Shown: positions 37,015 to 50,593 of the stretch, one piece after another | How the letters are laid out: each line of letters starts with the position of its first letter | Numbering within the stretch: the stretch's first letter is position 1 | Assembly (NCBI GenBank): GCA_977862235.1 | Contig: OZ374564.1 | Location: 2,170,001 to 2,234,000, forward strand | Length of the DNA: 64,000 bases | Reading direction: 5' to 3' | Origin: Dudresnaya verticillata | Taxonomy: Eukaryota | The notes under the pieces: generated by a model | The model's input: only the letters and a program-made list of their open reading frames with translations | Databases searched by the model: none | Told to the model about the DNA's origin: nothing | Translations under genes and position numbers: made by a program

Positions 37015-37149
37015 ATAAGCCCCCTTACGGGGCTGTAGTCTTTCCTATGCATAAAGGTCTCCATCTCCATTTAAAACCAAGCAGGAGGTCTTCGCGTACG
37101 TATTACAAAACACAAGCCTTCCTTGCATACCTTAAGGGACAGCGTCATT

Positions 37150-37750
37150 GCTGCTGTTAGCGGTTGCCGGCCATATTGCCTCAGGTACAAACAGTTTCAG
37201 TGTAGCTGTTCGTCTGCGTTTCGCCAACGACAGATATCAGGGATATGAATATAAGCCGGCTAGGCGAGTCAAAGACGCAATGGGATACGGCAATGAGTCC
37301 ATGAGATGAGACAATGACCGCATGGCATGAGATGTGGGTATCGTCTAGTGGAAGTACGGCAATGTGGATTTCTATGCGCATGTCACGCGACCATCTAGAG
37401 ATACTAAACCTTTTGCAATACACTTCTGGAAACCACAACGAGCGCACTTTGAAATACAAGTTGTTCCTAGTGCATGCGATAAAGCGGTATGGGTGTGCCA
37501 AGATGGAAGTTGAGAAATTGTTTTGTCGTGCTCGCAATATGTATATACACGAAGCACGAATAGTTTCCGTCGCGGGTATTAGATAGCAATTCGCCATTGA
37601 AAGAGACACGGTAAGCCAATAGTAGCCTGATCCTCATGAAAACTCTATAGAGCTTCATGGAGAATGTGGCTTTTGACGCAAATGCCACAGAAGCGCAGGT
37701 TTGTAGACAGGTTGTGACTTAAAAAGCGGGAACGTCGTCTTTCGTAAGAC
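37150..37750 (-). pseudogene. Fragment of unknown 'cargo A' gene
   Basis: YRVSFNGELLSNTRDGNY resembles YRVRLHSERSASNTKG*Y at 21.7 kb. Confidence 0.35.
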
Positions 37751-38129
37751 GTAAGGGCGGGAGATGAAAGCAACTGGCCATTGTCAAACGAGTTGATTTG
37801 CGGAGGTACAGGAGCATTCTGACAAGAGAATGAAGGACTAATACCTCAATCAAACAAAGCTCTTAGCCACAGCCAGCAAGACGTGTGCTGTCACTATCTC
37901 CACATCGTTAATGTTTTGTGTGTCACACTACTCCAACCGTCTAACTCGCAGCCTGAGAGAAGAGCAAAGCCACTCTCCCAACACGCGCTTGCCCGCGACC
38001 GCCAACCGCAAATGCAGCAGGCTCGCAATGCGCCCGCTGTCAGACTGGAGCTATCTTGATGGCTCTCTTCAATGTGAGTAGATTCCAAATGATCCACCAG
38101 AAGCGTTAAAGGTTCAATGGCCTGTATTG

Positions 38130-41117
38130 CTACGATTTCTGTAGGTAGTCTCGGATATTCTTCTTAACTGTTTGGGGCAGTAATCTATTAGAGAGCTTCT
38201 CAAGCGCAATGAGGACAGACGCGGCATCCACATCGTCAGTCCATACCTTCTTGGTTCTGGCGTAGACAGCATGTGCGATATTTACCGTCCCACGCGTCCT
38301 GCCCTTAACCAACCTCATACCACCTGATTGACGGGGTGCACACGACTCCCGCGCTATCCTTCTTCCAGCCCTGTACCTGCGCGATCCAGAAAGGCACAAT
38401 ATTGTCCTTAATTTTCAGGACCACGAAACGGTTGACCCCATACGTCAAGTCAGCACGCCGAGCATCATGCTCAGCGTCATCCTGCTCGTCGGCGTCTCTA
38501 TCTGCATCCTCCACCAGTTCCCTATCGCTTTCAACAACTTGCTCCAACTTTCTATATACACCCTTCTTCTCGAATACCTGTGTCAGGTCCCAATGCAGAG
38601 GCTCCTCGAGATCGCGGAAGACCTAATCGCGCAATGTTTGCAACTCCTTTAGCTTCGCAGAGTCATTGATTCGTAGCTCCTCTGAGCGTAAGCGCTTGCT
38701 TACTTCGTCTTTGTCTAGAGGGGAGATCATCACAGTGGCAGGTGTCATTTACAGCTCGGGTGGCAATAGTAAGAAACTTGTTGAGGTCCCTTCGTTTTCA
38801 GCGGCCCCCACGAAGCCTTGCAACCCACTCTCACTTTACACCTCGTCTTTTAATAACCTGTAGTAGCGTCCAGTTCCGATCGTGAGAATTTGAAGTAGCG
38901 AAATGGAGAGAAAGTCTGAACACCGCCAATACATTAATCCTGTTTGCACAGTCCTGACTAGTTCGCGATGTGTCGCATGCGCGTTGATATGGGCTCGGAG
39001 GGGCATGACTGACGGAGGTACTCCATCAAGGCCTGCATGGTTACTGCGTCGTGACCCGACGCCTCCTGGAGGTGCAACTAAATATTTGATCGATGTTGGC
39101 ATGTGTGTGCTCGATTGGCAAGAGACACATATGCACTTCAGTGATAACCACCCACTATACAAGCGACTCCAAGTATGCGAGTAGGAAACTGTCTTTGTTC
39201 TCCCGTGTTCAGTTGTCTCCATGTATAAATAGAGTGCCCCGCACTTCCCCTGTATCCCATTTGGTTGCTAACAGGCGGTGCAAAGCCTCAACGATATGGT
39301 TTGCACCGGATTCGAACTCGGCAGTCATTGTTAATAACGAATATAGATCTGCAGCCCCGTGGTCCAGTACTCCTATTAGCTTAGCTGACAGCTCGTGACC
39401 AGTTGTAGCTTTGGACCTGACATGGAAGTTTGGCATACCATACGCCGATTGACCTCCACCATCACTAATCATTGAGCAATACCATGTCGGCGAGAGTTTT
39501 GCCATGTCACATTTCTTCCGGTACGCGATTCTCTCCAGCCTTACCATCTCTATATGGCGCCTGCAACGTTCTCGCAACCCCTCTGTCGCCGTGTGGTCCG
39601 CACCCCCAGACGTCATACCGGCAAGTTGGTCCCTCACAGTCTCTCACTCGGCACACTTCGCAAATCGGTGCTTTTTGGGCACTTTGATTCTTGAACAATT
39701 TGTAGTCCAAATGGTGTAGAAGTAACTCTGAGGGGAGGCGTCTTTCCTCGGTGCAATTTGGAAAGCTCACGCACAAATACCTCGTACACCACCTATTTCT
39801 GAAAGAAGCGGAGATGGAGCTCGTCTCTGTCTAGAATTGCGTCAGATGTAGCTTCTGATAACCTCTCTAAGAAACTCACAATACGTTCAAGAGCGTCTGT
39901 TGAAGAATCACAAAGGCTCCTGCCCGGGGACAGCGCTCCTTCGGGCCTGTCTCTTCCCTTTCGTTGACGATTTAAAGTCTCTCGAAAATCCAAATGCCCG
40001 TTCCAGAAACGTGTAACATACAGGTCTGCCATTGCGGAAATACATATTAGAGTCGGGTTCCACGAGGCTTCGTAGATATGCCCACCGAACTGCTCCGTTC
40101 ATTCCAATGGTACCCCTCGCTTATTCCTGAAGCATGGTTTCGACTGACAGGATATCCATGAAGGAACCTTTTTGCTCTCAAGGTCTTCCAGCCGTTTAAG
40201 GCGCTTGTTGGCCATCAAAGGTGCACTACGGTTGCCGTTCGGCCTGCTGTTATAAATGCAGCATGGCTTCTGCCGGGTGTGCTCTTGTGCTATGTCCACA
40301 TCCCCCTCTTCCCGTCCTGGGCTACCAGCATCATTTTCCTCCCTACGAGGGATGGGCGCCTTCTTTATTTCAACTGGTCCTTCTGATTCCACACCCTCCT
40401 CCTCTTCCGGAGTATCGTGATCGTTGCGGTCGGCCTCCGGTACGTATGCCTCGTCGCCAGCTTCTTCTGATTCCGAAGCGTCACGCGTACTCCTGTGCAT
40501 TTCTGTTCCGTTGTTTTGATGAACAGTCTTAGTCTATCTGCAATATTTGAGATCTCTGTTTGAGGTCGCCATGGCGGTCTGTTTCGAGGTGTGTATTGCA
40601 GAGGTGATGCTGATAATACTGGCGGAGGTGTTGTTTCCAGGGAATCGACAGTCAGCCTCTTTCCTCGTTGGCGACCCTTAGGCGGGGTTTTCACACAACG
40701 TTCCTTCCCGGGTAGACGGATCGCGGGGAGGGGTATGTCTCCTCTAGTACTGGAGCGGGCGGCGACATGTTTGTTGCGCAGCTGCGCCACATCCCAGACA
40801 TTTATTCCAACCTCAAGACCGCGAAGAGTAGCAGGTGGATCTTCGACGCCCTTCTAGGTGTAACGGTAAGTATTCGAAGAAAAATCTTCTTATATCTTCT
40901 CCTTGTAAATGACCGCCAATGTTTGCCCTTCCTCCTCGACCTGGTGCAGATAATGCCCATGTAGTCTAGTGCAATAGCAACCTGTGCTGTCAGCTGCAAT
41001 AGCCTCTGGAGGGGCGAGTGGCTCAATGCTGCGGACTATCAGACATTTGTCGAGCAACTGAACACGCCTTCGACTAGGGGAAGAAAGAATTTCCTTCTCA
41101 TTATTACCTTCAAGCAC
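38130..41117 (-). pseudogene. Sola-like transposase copy 2
   Basis: ISDGGGQ, FESGANHIVEALHRLL, HGDN*TRENK and C-terminal PFWIAQV...RWYE. Close nucleotide homology to 43984-46196. Confidence 0.85.
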
Positions 41118-41120
41118 CGC

Positions 41121-41530
41121 AAAGACTGGTTTCCCGCATTTCAGAATGTACTTTCAAAAACAGTCTGAAATAAAACGCTCTAAAAGTACCTGCGTTGGAA
41201 AGGGGAGAGTCCCCTGAACACGCTGGTGTAAACGGGATAGAAAACTAAGGAGTAGTTCGCGGGTTATATCGGTTTGCATGCCAACCCGGCAGTGGGTCTG
41301 AAAGAATTAATTTTGCTGTAATTTCTGATATTTTTTAATTCCGATTTTGAGGTAACCTAAGTTACTTCCATGGGCGCCTCATCGCGCAGTATACGCTGCA
41401 GCCGCACAGTATACGGTACCGCAACATGCAGAACAACTCGTTAGTTCGATACAGGTCACACTGCAACTTTCAGAGTACTGCAGCACTGAAATTTAATTTT
41501 CCTGGCCTCCCTTCCACCTATCTGGGTGCA
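41121..41530 (+). repeat. Terminal/subterminal block X
   Basis: Direct homology to 25632-26030. Confidence 0.8.
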
Positions 41531-41656
41531 TTATTCTCCCGAAGAATGCTCGTCCTGCGCGGCGAAGGAGCGGGGGTCAAGTATGTTAGCTTGTACGTTT
41601 GTACGGCAAGCGCTTGGAGTTGCATGGGACCGGCACCGGGGCTGACGGATAAAGCT

Positions 41657-43560
41657 CTACCCATACTGGAGCACGATTTGGGAACCGGAAACCGTACTAG
41701 AGCAGTCAGCGCGCACCCCTAAACTCAATTCTGCGTTCAGCAGTGGCACGCCTATTTTCTTCCCTATGTTTGCATTCCGAAGTCGAACTGTTCCATCACG
41801 TGACCCTGAAACCACTAGAAAGCCATCCTTACTTACCGCCACCCCGCTCACAGAGCCTATCCCACCCATCCTAGACACTCCATCTTGTTCCTTTCTCTCT
41901 GCGTCCCAGACGCAAACGGTTCTATCAATTGAGCCGGACAATACACGAATACAGTCATTGGTTATCAATACACTCAAGACCGAGCCAGCATGTCCGGCTA
42001 GAGGCTTTCCAACTTGGTTCCCAGCCTCAGCATCCCACACGCTAATTGTACTGTCACGAGATCGTGGCACGACACGGGCACTGTCCGGGCTCACTGGCAC
42101 GCTATAAACCCAGTCCATGTGGCACCCCAGAGGCTCCTTGGCAAACAAACCTTGGTCAACATCTCACACACAAACTATCCTGTCAGATGACCCAGAAACG
42201 CCACGCCCAGAGTCCCTACTTACTTCCGTGCTCATGACAAAGCCTGTATGGCCCGTAGCATGCCTTTGAGTTAGCCGCCCAGTCTCAACATGCCACACTT
42301 GCACTGAGCCTTCGTTCGATACTGACACCACACGAGTGCAGCTGGCAGTCAATGGGACACCCCATATGAGATCTGCATGAATAAAAATAGGGGGTGCAAC
42401 ATCTTCTCCTGTCTCCGTACTACAAATATGAACCGTCCCATCACATGATCCCGATGCCGCAAACGTTCCTTCTGGACAAATTACAACGTTTTGCACCTTA
42501 AAGATGAAGCTTTCAAGTTGTCCGCATGGCTACGGAAGGCATCGCATACCAACCGCTTGTTCACACAACCGCAATCCATTGTCTGCATGGCCATGGAAGG
42601 CATCACATACCAACTTGCCGTTTTCTGTGCTCCAGAATCGACCCGACCCATTCGAGAAACCCATGGAAACAAAGTGAACATTCCTATAAATAGCTGCGAA
42701 AGTTGCTTAGATCCTCGCATGAATCCGTGTAGCACTTGAACTACCAGTTCCAAGTGTGTTTGTCCCTGCGACATTAGGTCCCCGGTGCTGTCCACACCCT
42801 GTGAGATACGCAATCATTCCGACTTCAACCTCACAATATTGCTCTCCTCGAAATCAAAATGTCGTGCGACAAACCGTTCGGTCCTATGTTTCTTCCTACG
42901 ACTCATGGCTACTTGCTCTTTGTTGCAGCATGCGCATGACATCATATGCCACTTGAAACGTTTCTAGAAGTGCGTCATTCGCTCCAATTAAGCATGGCAT
43001 CAACGATTTAACCCGCCGTTTTGGGGCACATCTCTCAACCTCATATACCAGCTTCTGTAAGTGTGCGGTATTTGTTCCCGTACTGAGCAACCTCGTGTAC
43101 AACCGGAACCATGCTCGGACCGAAGTTTCGGCTTTGTGAGAAAGACGTATGCGAGCAATCTTGCACACAGTCTTCAGCAACGCAGCACCTATGCTTTCCT
43201 TCCAGTCCGACGCACTAGATCGATCCCCCGATTCCCATCGAACTCAGTGCTTCACAACCTAAACCGTATCTTTGTTCAAATGAAACGACGTTCCCTTGAC
43301 TCGCAAGCTCTTCACCTCTTGCTGAATAGAGGTGGTGACTTCCATCACATTTACGACCAAAGTTACTTGCTAGTATATAAAGTCGCATCAAGATGTTGCT
43401 CTTAAGATAGTTAGACTTGCAGGTTCCATCAACAACAAACAGACATTAATATGGCTGGATCCAGTCCTGGGCGTTCTGAATGACAAGATCAAAGTGTCCC
43501 TGTCGCAGCTCTCGTGACAATCGTTTAACTACACATGCACCAACTGCTTGAAAAGCTCCT
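41657..43560 (-). pseudogene. WD40-repeat protein, possibly the C-terminal part of an NB-ARC/WD40 gene
   Basis: Repeated GH..V.SV..S.D...VSGS.D.TV.VWD units at 41720-42500. The upstream helical region is decayed and the NB-ARC assignment is inference. Confidence 0.8.
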
Positions 43561-43983
43561 GGATTAGCTCGTCAGCCGTTCCATTCGCTCTAAGCTTAGT
43601 ATGAACCAGGAACGACGGGAAAATGGAAACACAGGATTAACAAAACAGCAACCGACAGTGCAAAGAGCGATAAGACTGAAGACACGTTACAGTCCGTGGT
43701 GCTTGCCTATGATGCGAGGGCATCGCCGCCCATCTTCACAGACGCCTTAGGTCGAGATCTGTTGCGTGACCTCGTTCTGAAAATCCTCATTCTGAAAATA
43801 TCAGAACCTCCTAGAATCAGACTGGAAAATCAGGTGCTTCCACACCACTCAGCGATATCTTTCAGACGTACCATTAGCCCCGTCGCCTGCCCTCGTGTCC
43901 CTACTACTAATTACCAGTGGTTTCACCAGCTGGAAGGAGACCCCCGCAACGGGGACCGTAACAGTTGACGAGTTGCAACAGAA

Positions 43984-46196
43984 ATGTCAATGTCTTCAGT
44001 TGGGATGCCTGAAGGCAACGAGGGGAAGGAATATGTTACTTCCTCTACTCGAAGCCGTGTTCAGTTGCTCGACAAAGGGCTGATAGTCCGCAGAATTGAG
44101 CCGCTCGCCCCGCAAGAGACTAGTGCAGAGGACAGCACAGGATGCTATTGCACTAGACTACATGGGCAGTATCTGCACGAAGTCGAGTAGGAAGGGAAAA
44201 CATTGGCGGTCATTTACAAGGTGAAGATAGAAGAAGAGTTTGCTTTGAAGCCATACCGTTACACCTATAAGGGCGTCAAAGATCTTTCTGCTACTCTTCG
44301 CTGTCTTGAGGTTGAAATGCATGCTTGGGACGTGTCGCAGATGCGCAACAAACAGGTTGCCGGCCGCTCCAATAGTAGCCCTCACACACAAACCCCCGCG
44401 ACGCGTCTAAACAGTCGTAAACAGGCCGTTAAAACACATACCGAGGCTGGGACACGAGGAAAGAGACTCACTATGGATTCCCTGCAAACAGCACCGTCGC
44501 CGGCATTATCCGCGTCACCTCTTCAGTACATACCTCGAACCATACCTGCATGGCGCCCTCGGCCACAGGTTTTAAATCTGGCAGATGGACCTACTCCGCA
44601 AGCCGAAGAATCTATTGACGAGGAATACGTACCGGGGAGTGAGTGGGACGATAAAGATACGCTTTAAAAGGAGGCGGGGGCTGAAACAGAAGGACCAGTG
44701 GAACCAAACGCAGTGTCCAGCCCTCCTGGGGAGGAAAATGATGCTACTAGCCCAGGGCCAGAAGAGGGAGATCTGCACAGAGCACAAGAGAACACCCGGC
44801 AGAAGCTAAAACCCCTAAAACCCCTAAATAGACGGTACGTGTATCTGAACAGGCCGAAAGGAACTCATTCCGTTTCTTTGATGGCCAACAAGCGCCGTAA
44901 ACGGCTGGAAGACCTTGAGGGCACAAACATGGATCGTGGGTATACTGTTAGTCCAAACAATGCTTTGTAACAATCGAAAGGACATATGTTCAGGAGGAAG
45001 CGAGGGGTACCATTGCAATGAACGGGGCAGCTCGGCAGGCATATCTACGAAGCCTCTTGGACCCAACTCTAATATTTACTTCTTCAACGGCAGACCGCTG
45101 TGTTACACGTTTCTGGAACGGGCTTTTGGATTTTCACGGAACTTGCAGTCTTCAACTAAAGGGACGAGACAGGCCCGAAGGCAGGCAGTCCCCGGTAAGA
45201 GTATGCGAGATGCTTCCACAGACTCTCTTGAACTCATTTTGAGTCTCGTAGACAGGTTAGTGGCAGCTACATCTGACGCAATGCGCGGCAGAGACAAGCT
45301 CCATCTGCCCTTCTTTCAAAAGCAGGCGGTTTACGACGTCCATATGTGAACTTGCGAAATTGTACCCAGGAGAGACGCCACCCTCTCAGAGCTACTTTTA
45401 CACTGTTTGGAATACACATTTCGCAAGGATCAAAGTGCGCAAAACGTACCAATTCGCGAAGTGTGCCGAGTGCGAGACTGTGAGGGACCAACTTGCCCGC
45501 ATGACCTCAGGGGGTGCGGACCAGACGGCGACGGAGGGTTTGAGAGAGCGCCGCAGGCGGCATCTAGAGATGGTAAGGCAAGAGAGAATCGAGTACCAGA
45601 AGAAATGCGACATGGCAAAACTGTCTCTGGCAAGGCTATTGCTCCATGATTATTGATGGTGCTGATCAATCAGCTGACGGTCTACCACACTTCCATGTTC
45701 GATCGAAAGCGACAACAGGCCACGCACTGGCAGCAATATTGATAGGAGTGCTGTACCACGGCTGTGCAGACCGATTGTCATTATTAATACTGACCGCTGA
45801 GTTCGAATCCGGTGCAAACCATATCGTTGAAGCGTTGCACCGTGTGTTATCAACCAAATGGGACAGAGGGGAGGTGCGTGGTACTCTATTTCTGCAAGGA
45901 GAAACTATACGAGAGAGCAAAAATACGTTCCTACTCGCCTACTTGGAGTCACTCATGTCGTGGGGGGTATTCACTGAAGTTCATATGTCTTTCTTGCAAA
46001 TCGGGTACACACCTGCCGATATTGACCAAAAATTTAGTTGGGCCTCCAGGAGGCTTCGGGTCCACGACTCAGTCACCATCTAGGACTTGATGGAGGAATG
46101 TCGTCAACCATTCACCCCCGAGCCGATAGTGACGCGCATGCGACACATCTCGAACTGGTCAGGACTCTGCAAACAGGAAAATGTAATGTGTGGGTT
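43984..46196 (+). pseudogene. Sola-like transposase copy 3, 3'-truncated
   Basis: FAKCAECE, IIDGADQ, RESKN and GYTPADIDQKFS. Homology to copy 2 ends near 46196 at Gypsy 2. Confidence 0.85.
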
Positions 46197-46199
46197 GAT

Positions 46200-49100
46200 G
46201 TAGCGCGGTTAGGGGCGCGGTTCCCGAATCGATGGGGCTTGGACCAGTAGACGGATTCTCCTCCATGATAGTAGGGGCTTCACCCCGAGCATCCAGTGGC
46301 TCGTCAGGTGAAGGCGCTAGCGTCACTCTGTCTAGGTAGACTGATTCCTGTTCACCCTTGACTTCAAATACTACCACATGCGTTCCACGATCCACAAACT
46401 TATATGGGCCCAGCGCCTTAGGAAATACTTTGCCTTCGCGATCCAAACCATCTGCGTCTTTCACCGGAGTCTCACGCTCTAGAAATACCCAGCTGCCAAC
46501 CCGAATGAATATTCCGGTTAGCAGGGCGAACCCGTTAGTTGAAGTCAGCTTGATAGCTCTTCTGCGCGAGCCTCAAACGGGGGAGAGTTGTGTCCATCAA
46601 CCGCTCTAATCGCTCTAATAAGTGTTTCTTGACATTAGTTGCGGGGACGTTAGCAACCTCCACCGTCTCCAATCGCTCCAGTAGCAGGGAGCTCGGGGGA
46701 CTTGAGATCACGATATCGAAAGGGGACAGCCCCGTGGACTTGTGCACAGTGGTGTTGTACGAGAACGTGAGTGCGTTAGAAAACGCATCCCAGTCGCGCT
46801 GATTCTCAGCGATGCATTGCCCTAGCCCGGCTAGAATGGTGCGATTAAAACTTTCGGTCTGGTCTGACCGTTACTTTGCGGGTGATATGTAGACGTAAAT
46901 AGATTACGCACTCGCAGAATGCTGCAGATGTTCATGAGGAACTTTGAGGCAAACTGGGACCCATTGTCCGATAGCACATACCACGGCGGTCCATAGACAT
47001 AAACCCAGTGGTCGCAGAAGGCCTTAGCGACTATATAGGCCGTAATGTTCTTGAGCGGAACAGTCCGGGTTAGCTTTGAGAAGCGATCCGTAATCAAGAG
47101 CAAGTACTCATTTCCCTTGCTTGACTTGGTCAATGGACCCAAAATGTCAATCTCGACAAACTCCAATGGAGCAGTGGATGGGAAGAGCTTAAGAAACGAA
47201 GTATGCTTCCTGAGCTTGACTCGTTCTTTCGCGCACTTACGCAATTCCGAACGATTGCGTAGACGGCCAAGGCCATATCTGGCCAATACACTTGCCGACG
47301 CAGGTTGTGGAACATACGGGTTCCCCCAGGGTGGCCAGCCAGGGCCAGATAATGGGCCAAGTGTAGCACCCTTTCGCGAAGGGGGCGCGGGTATGAGAAA
47401 CTGTATGTCCCCATCCACATAGGCTTTGCGGGCGAGGATCCCTCGTTCGTCTTCCAAGTAACATCCGGGGTTTCCCATATCGAGGCGCTTCTGCACGTCT
47501 TGGCAGAATGAGTCTCGTTTTTGCTCTCGGAGCAGCTCCTCTACAGTCACTTGTGAGACGCTGCCCTCGACGGCTCGCTTCTACACCGCTGTGGTGATGA
47601 ATATCTCGTCCATGTGACTGTAATCCTCCATGGGTTCGACTTCCCACGCCTCTAGGGGCTCTCCTTTGGTGGGTGTACCCGTGGACAGCATTGCCTCCGC
47701 TGGAGTCATTCGGTCTGGACTGTCTTCCTCCTCGAGTATGAAGCAAGGTATCTCGAGATCAGGCTCCTTGTGGGTATGTCCCCACGTCGGGAGGCGAGAC
47801 ACTGCGTCGGAAATCTGGTTCTTACGCCCCGTCCGGTATTGGACCGTGAAGTCATATTCTAAAAGACGCAGCCTCCATCTCGCCAAGCATCCTGACGCCT
47901 CAGACATACTCATGATACAGCGTAGCGCTTGGTGATCCGTGAAAAAATCGAAGTGAGACCGTTCCAAATAGGGTCGCAATATCTGCACTGCCCATACGAC
48001 CGCGAGACACGCTTTCTCTCCTACCGAGTAATTCTTCTCAGCTTTCGTCAGAGAACGGCTCCAGAAGCCAATAGGGTATCGATCACCGTTCTCATCTGTC
48101 TGCATCAGGGCAAAGCCCACTTGATAGTCGCATGCGTCAGTGTCGACTGATAATTGGCGTCCCACTTGCGGTAGTCAGAGTATGGGCGGACCCACGAGTG
48201 CTTTCTTCAGGAGCTAGAAAGAATATCTTTGTTCCTCGTTGAACGTCGAGAGGTTGAAATCCACTCTCTTTTGCAGTAATGCATTAAGCGGAGCAGCAAC
48301 TCTCGCAAAGTTGGACACGAACGGCTTATAGACGTTATACAAGCCGAGGAAAGAGCGTAGCTGCGTTCGCGTACTTGGTTCCCTAAACCAGCCGATGGCT
48401 TGCATGTTCTTCGAGGCGACCTCCAGGAGGCCAGGGCGGACAACGTGTCCCAGATACTCGACGCTCTTCGCGAAGAAGTTACATTTCTTCAACTTCAGCG
48501 ACACTCCTGCGTTCTGGAGCACCTCCAAGATTTACTTTACGTGAGCAAGGTGCTCTTTGACGCTTTTGGAGAAGATGATGATATCATCCAGATATACCAA
48601 GCACGACTTCCATCTCAATTCAGACAGGAAAATGTCGACAATTAGCTGGAACGTGGCTAGTGCGATACATAGCCCAAAGGGCATACGGCCAAATTGGAAG
48701 CATCCAGCGCGACAAGTGAACGCCGTCTTCGGCTGGTATTCCTTGGCGACCGGTATCTACCAGTAGCCATAATTACAATAAAGCGTTGTGAAGAACTGGG
48801 CATCTCCCAGAGAGTCCAGACACTCGTCGATACAAAGCAATGGATAAGAATCCTTGATCGTTACTGCATTAAGCTTTCGATAGTCGACGTAAAAGTGTAG
48901 GGAGCCATCACGCTTATTGAACAGCACGAATGGGCTCACGAATTCTGACCGAGCGGGTTGCATGACCCCTGCTTCCAACATCTTAGTCACTTCCGCTTGT
49001 TCAACCTGTCGAGCTTTGGGACCTTCCCTGTAGGGTGGTGAGAAGACGGGCTTCGTCCCCGGCTTGAGCTCGATACGGTGCTCCGTGACTTTGATAGTCC

Positions 49101-50299
49101 CGAGTTTACCACTCCACCTTTCCGAGAATGGCCGGAGCATTCTGCGTACTCGACGCTGATCCTTTGGTTCCAGGTGGGAATGGTTTAGGTCTTCGACCGT
49201 CATGTTGGCGACCGAGGCCATAATTCCTGGTTTCGGATCCGTATCCGGAGAAAAGGCGGTAGCAAGCCCTGCCCCCCCACATCGAGCGACAGCTCGTTGG
49301 GTTCGTGAGGAGAGGATGAGGCATCTTCGAAGGACAGAGCGTAAACGGGTGTTGTGGACGGAGCCGGAATGGCGTGGCCAATCTTCTGGCGTTTGGCCAG
49401 GAGTTGAGGCCCTCGAGAGAAATTTGCGACCTTGACCCGGAACGGCCGGTTAGGTTGGACGTCGATGATGCCATTAGAGGCGACGAGACCCTGGCGGTCG
49501 TAGAGCCGCTGGAATGAATCCATGAAGTGAACGACTCGCGCCGGGCACGTGACCGTGACCCATGCTTCTGACGCCGCGGGTATGACAAGCGAATGTGCCA
49601 CTCGGAGGTGTTGCGGTTCGGGAGGAGCTGTGGGAATATCCTGTGGTTCCTCTGGGCGCGAAGCTCGTGGAAGTCCGCATCGTCGGCGTAATATCGGGTG
49701 TATGGACCCATTACGAAAGACGGCGCGTTGGCGTTTGATTCATAAGTTATCGATATGGTGGTCGATGAAGGCACAACCTAGGATCACATCCACTGCGAGT
49801 TCTTGAACGACGATGAAAGGTTGCCGAACCGTGTAGGTTCCGATTCGAACATACAGGGAGATATTCCTAAGGTAGTTAGTTTGTGCCGTGAGGCTGAAGT
49901 TAGATTCAGGATGGACCGGCCAGAAGCGATCTTCTTTTGATCCTCCGAGGAAAGGACACCAGCTCGTATGAGGTTGGGGCCCGCCCCTGTATCCAGGACG
50001 GAAAGGACACGAGAGAGGTCGTCAAGAGAGGTCCCAATGGACGCTGCCACTTTATTGTTATATAGCGACAGCGCGCATATGGGATCCTTACAATACTCAT
50101 CAAAGGTTCGTCCTCGAGGTAGCCCTAGAGGGCGAGTTAATATATTTTTCGGGAGGAGGTTCGCTTCTGCTTCCGGTTCCGGCTGATCCATGAAGAACGG
50201 GGATGGGTGGTCGTCCTCGCTTGATCGGTCGGGGGACCCCGGGTCGAGTAGCAAGAGCTGCGGGTCGACGGGATCCAAGGCCACCCAGTCTAGTTTTTC
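46200..50299 (-). pseudogene. pol: pol (protease, RT, RNase H, integrase)
   Basis: LDTGAG, DYRKLN, YLDD, DTDAC, FTDHQAL, IDILGP, SDNG and GPY, with many frameshifts. Confidence 0.92.
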
Positions 50300-50593
50300 G
50301 GCACACAGCTGTTTCTTGCTGATGGGGATGCCGGGGTGGGAACGGTCTGTGACCCAGGTGAGGAGATTGTGGATTACTCCGCGGCCTATCCACAGAATGG
50401 TTGAGCGTTTCTGCGAACTGCACCTGGGGACCTGCCGATCGGGGCACCCCCTGTTCTCCTGGTGAGGGCTAGCGGTTCCCTCGTTGAAATTCCGACGTGA
50501 ATTTTGGGGACCTTGATGCGAAGGACGCATCTCATTCGCGAATGAAGGCGAACGGCACACGATGGCCAGCCATTCCCGTTGCTCCCTGGAGAG

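Larger units (their letters stand above)
32900..37080 (+). mobile_element. CRE-clade non-LTR retrotransposon (RT plus restriction-like endonuclease)
   Basis: Single-ORF layout with RT and C-terminal RLE. The 5' part is frameshifted; boundaries and TSD not resolved. Confidence 0.8.

Noticed and set aside
46199..46210. 3' LTR end of Gypsy 2 (TGTAGCGC)
   Set aside because: No further homology to 53814-54410 and no matching TSD.
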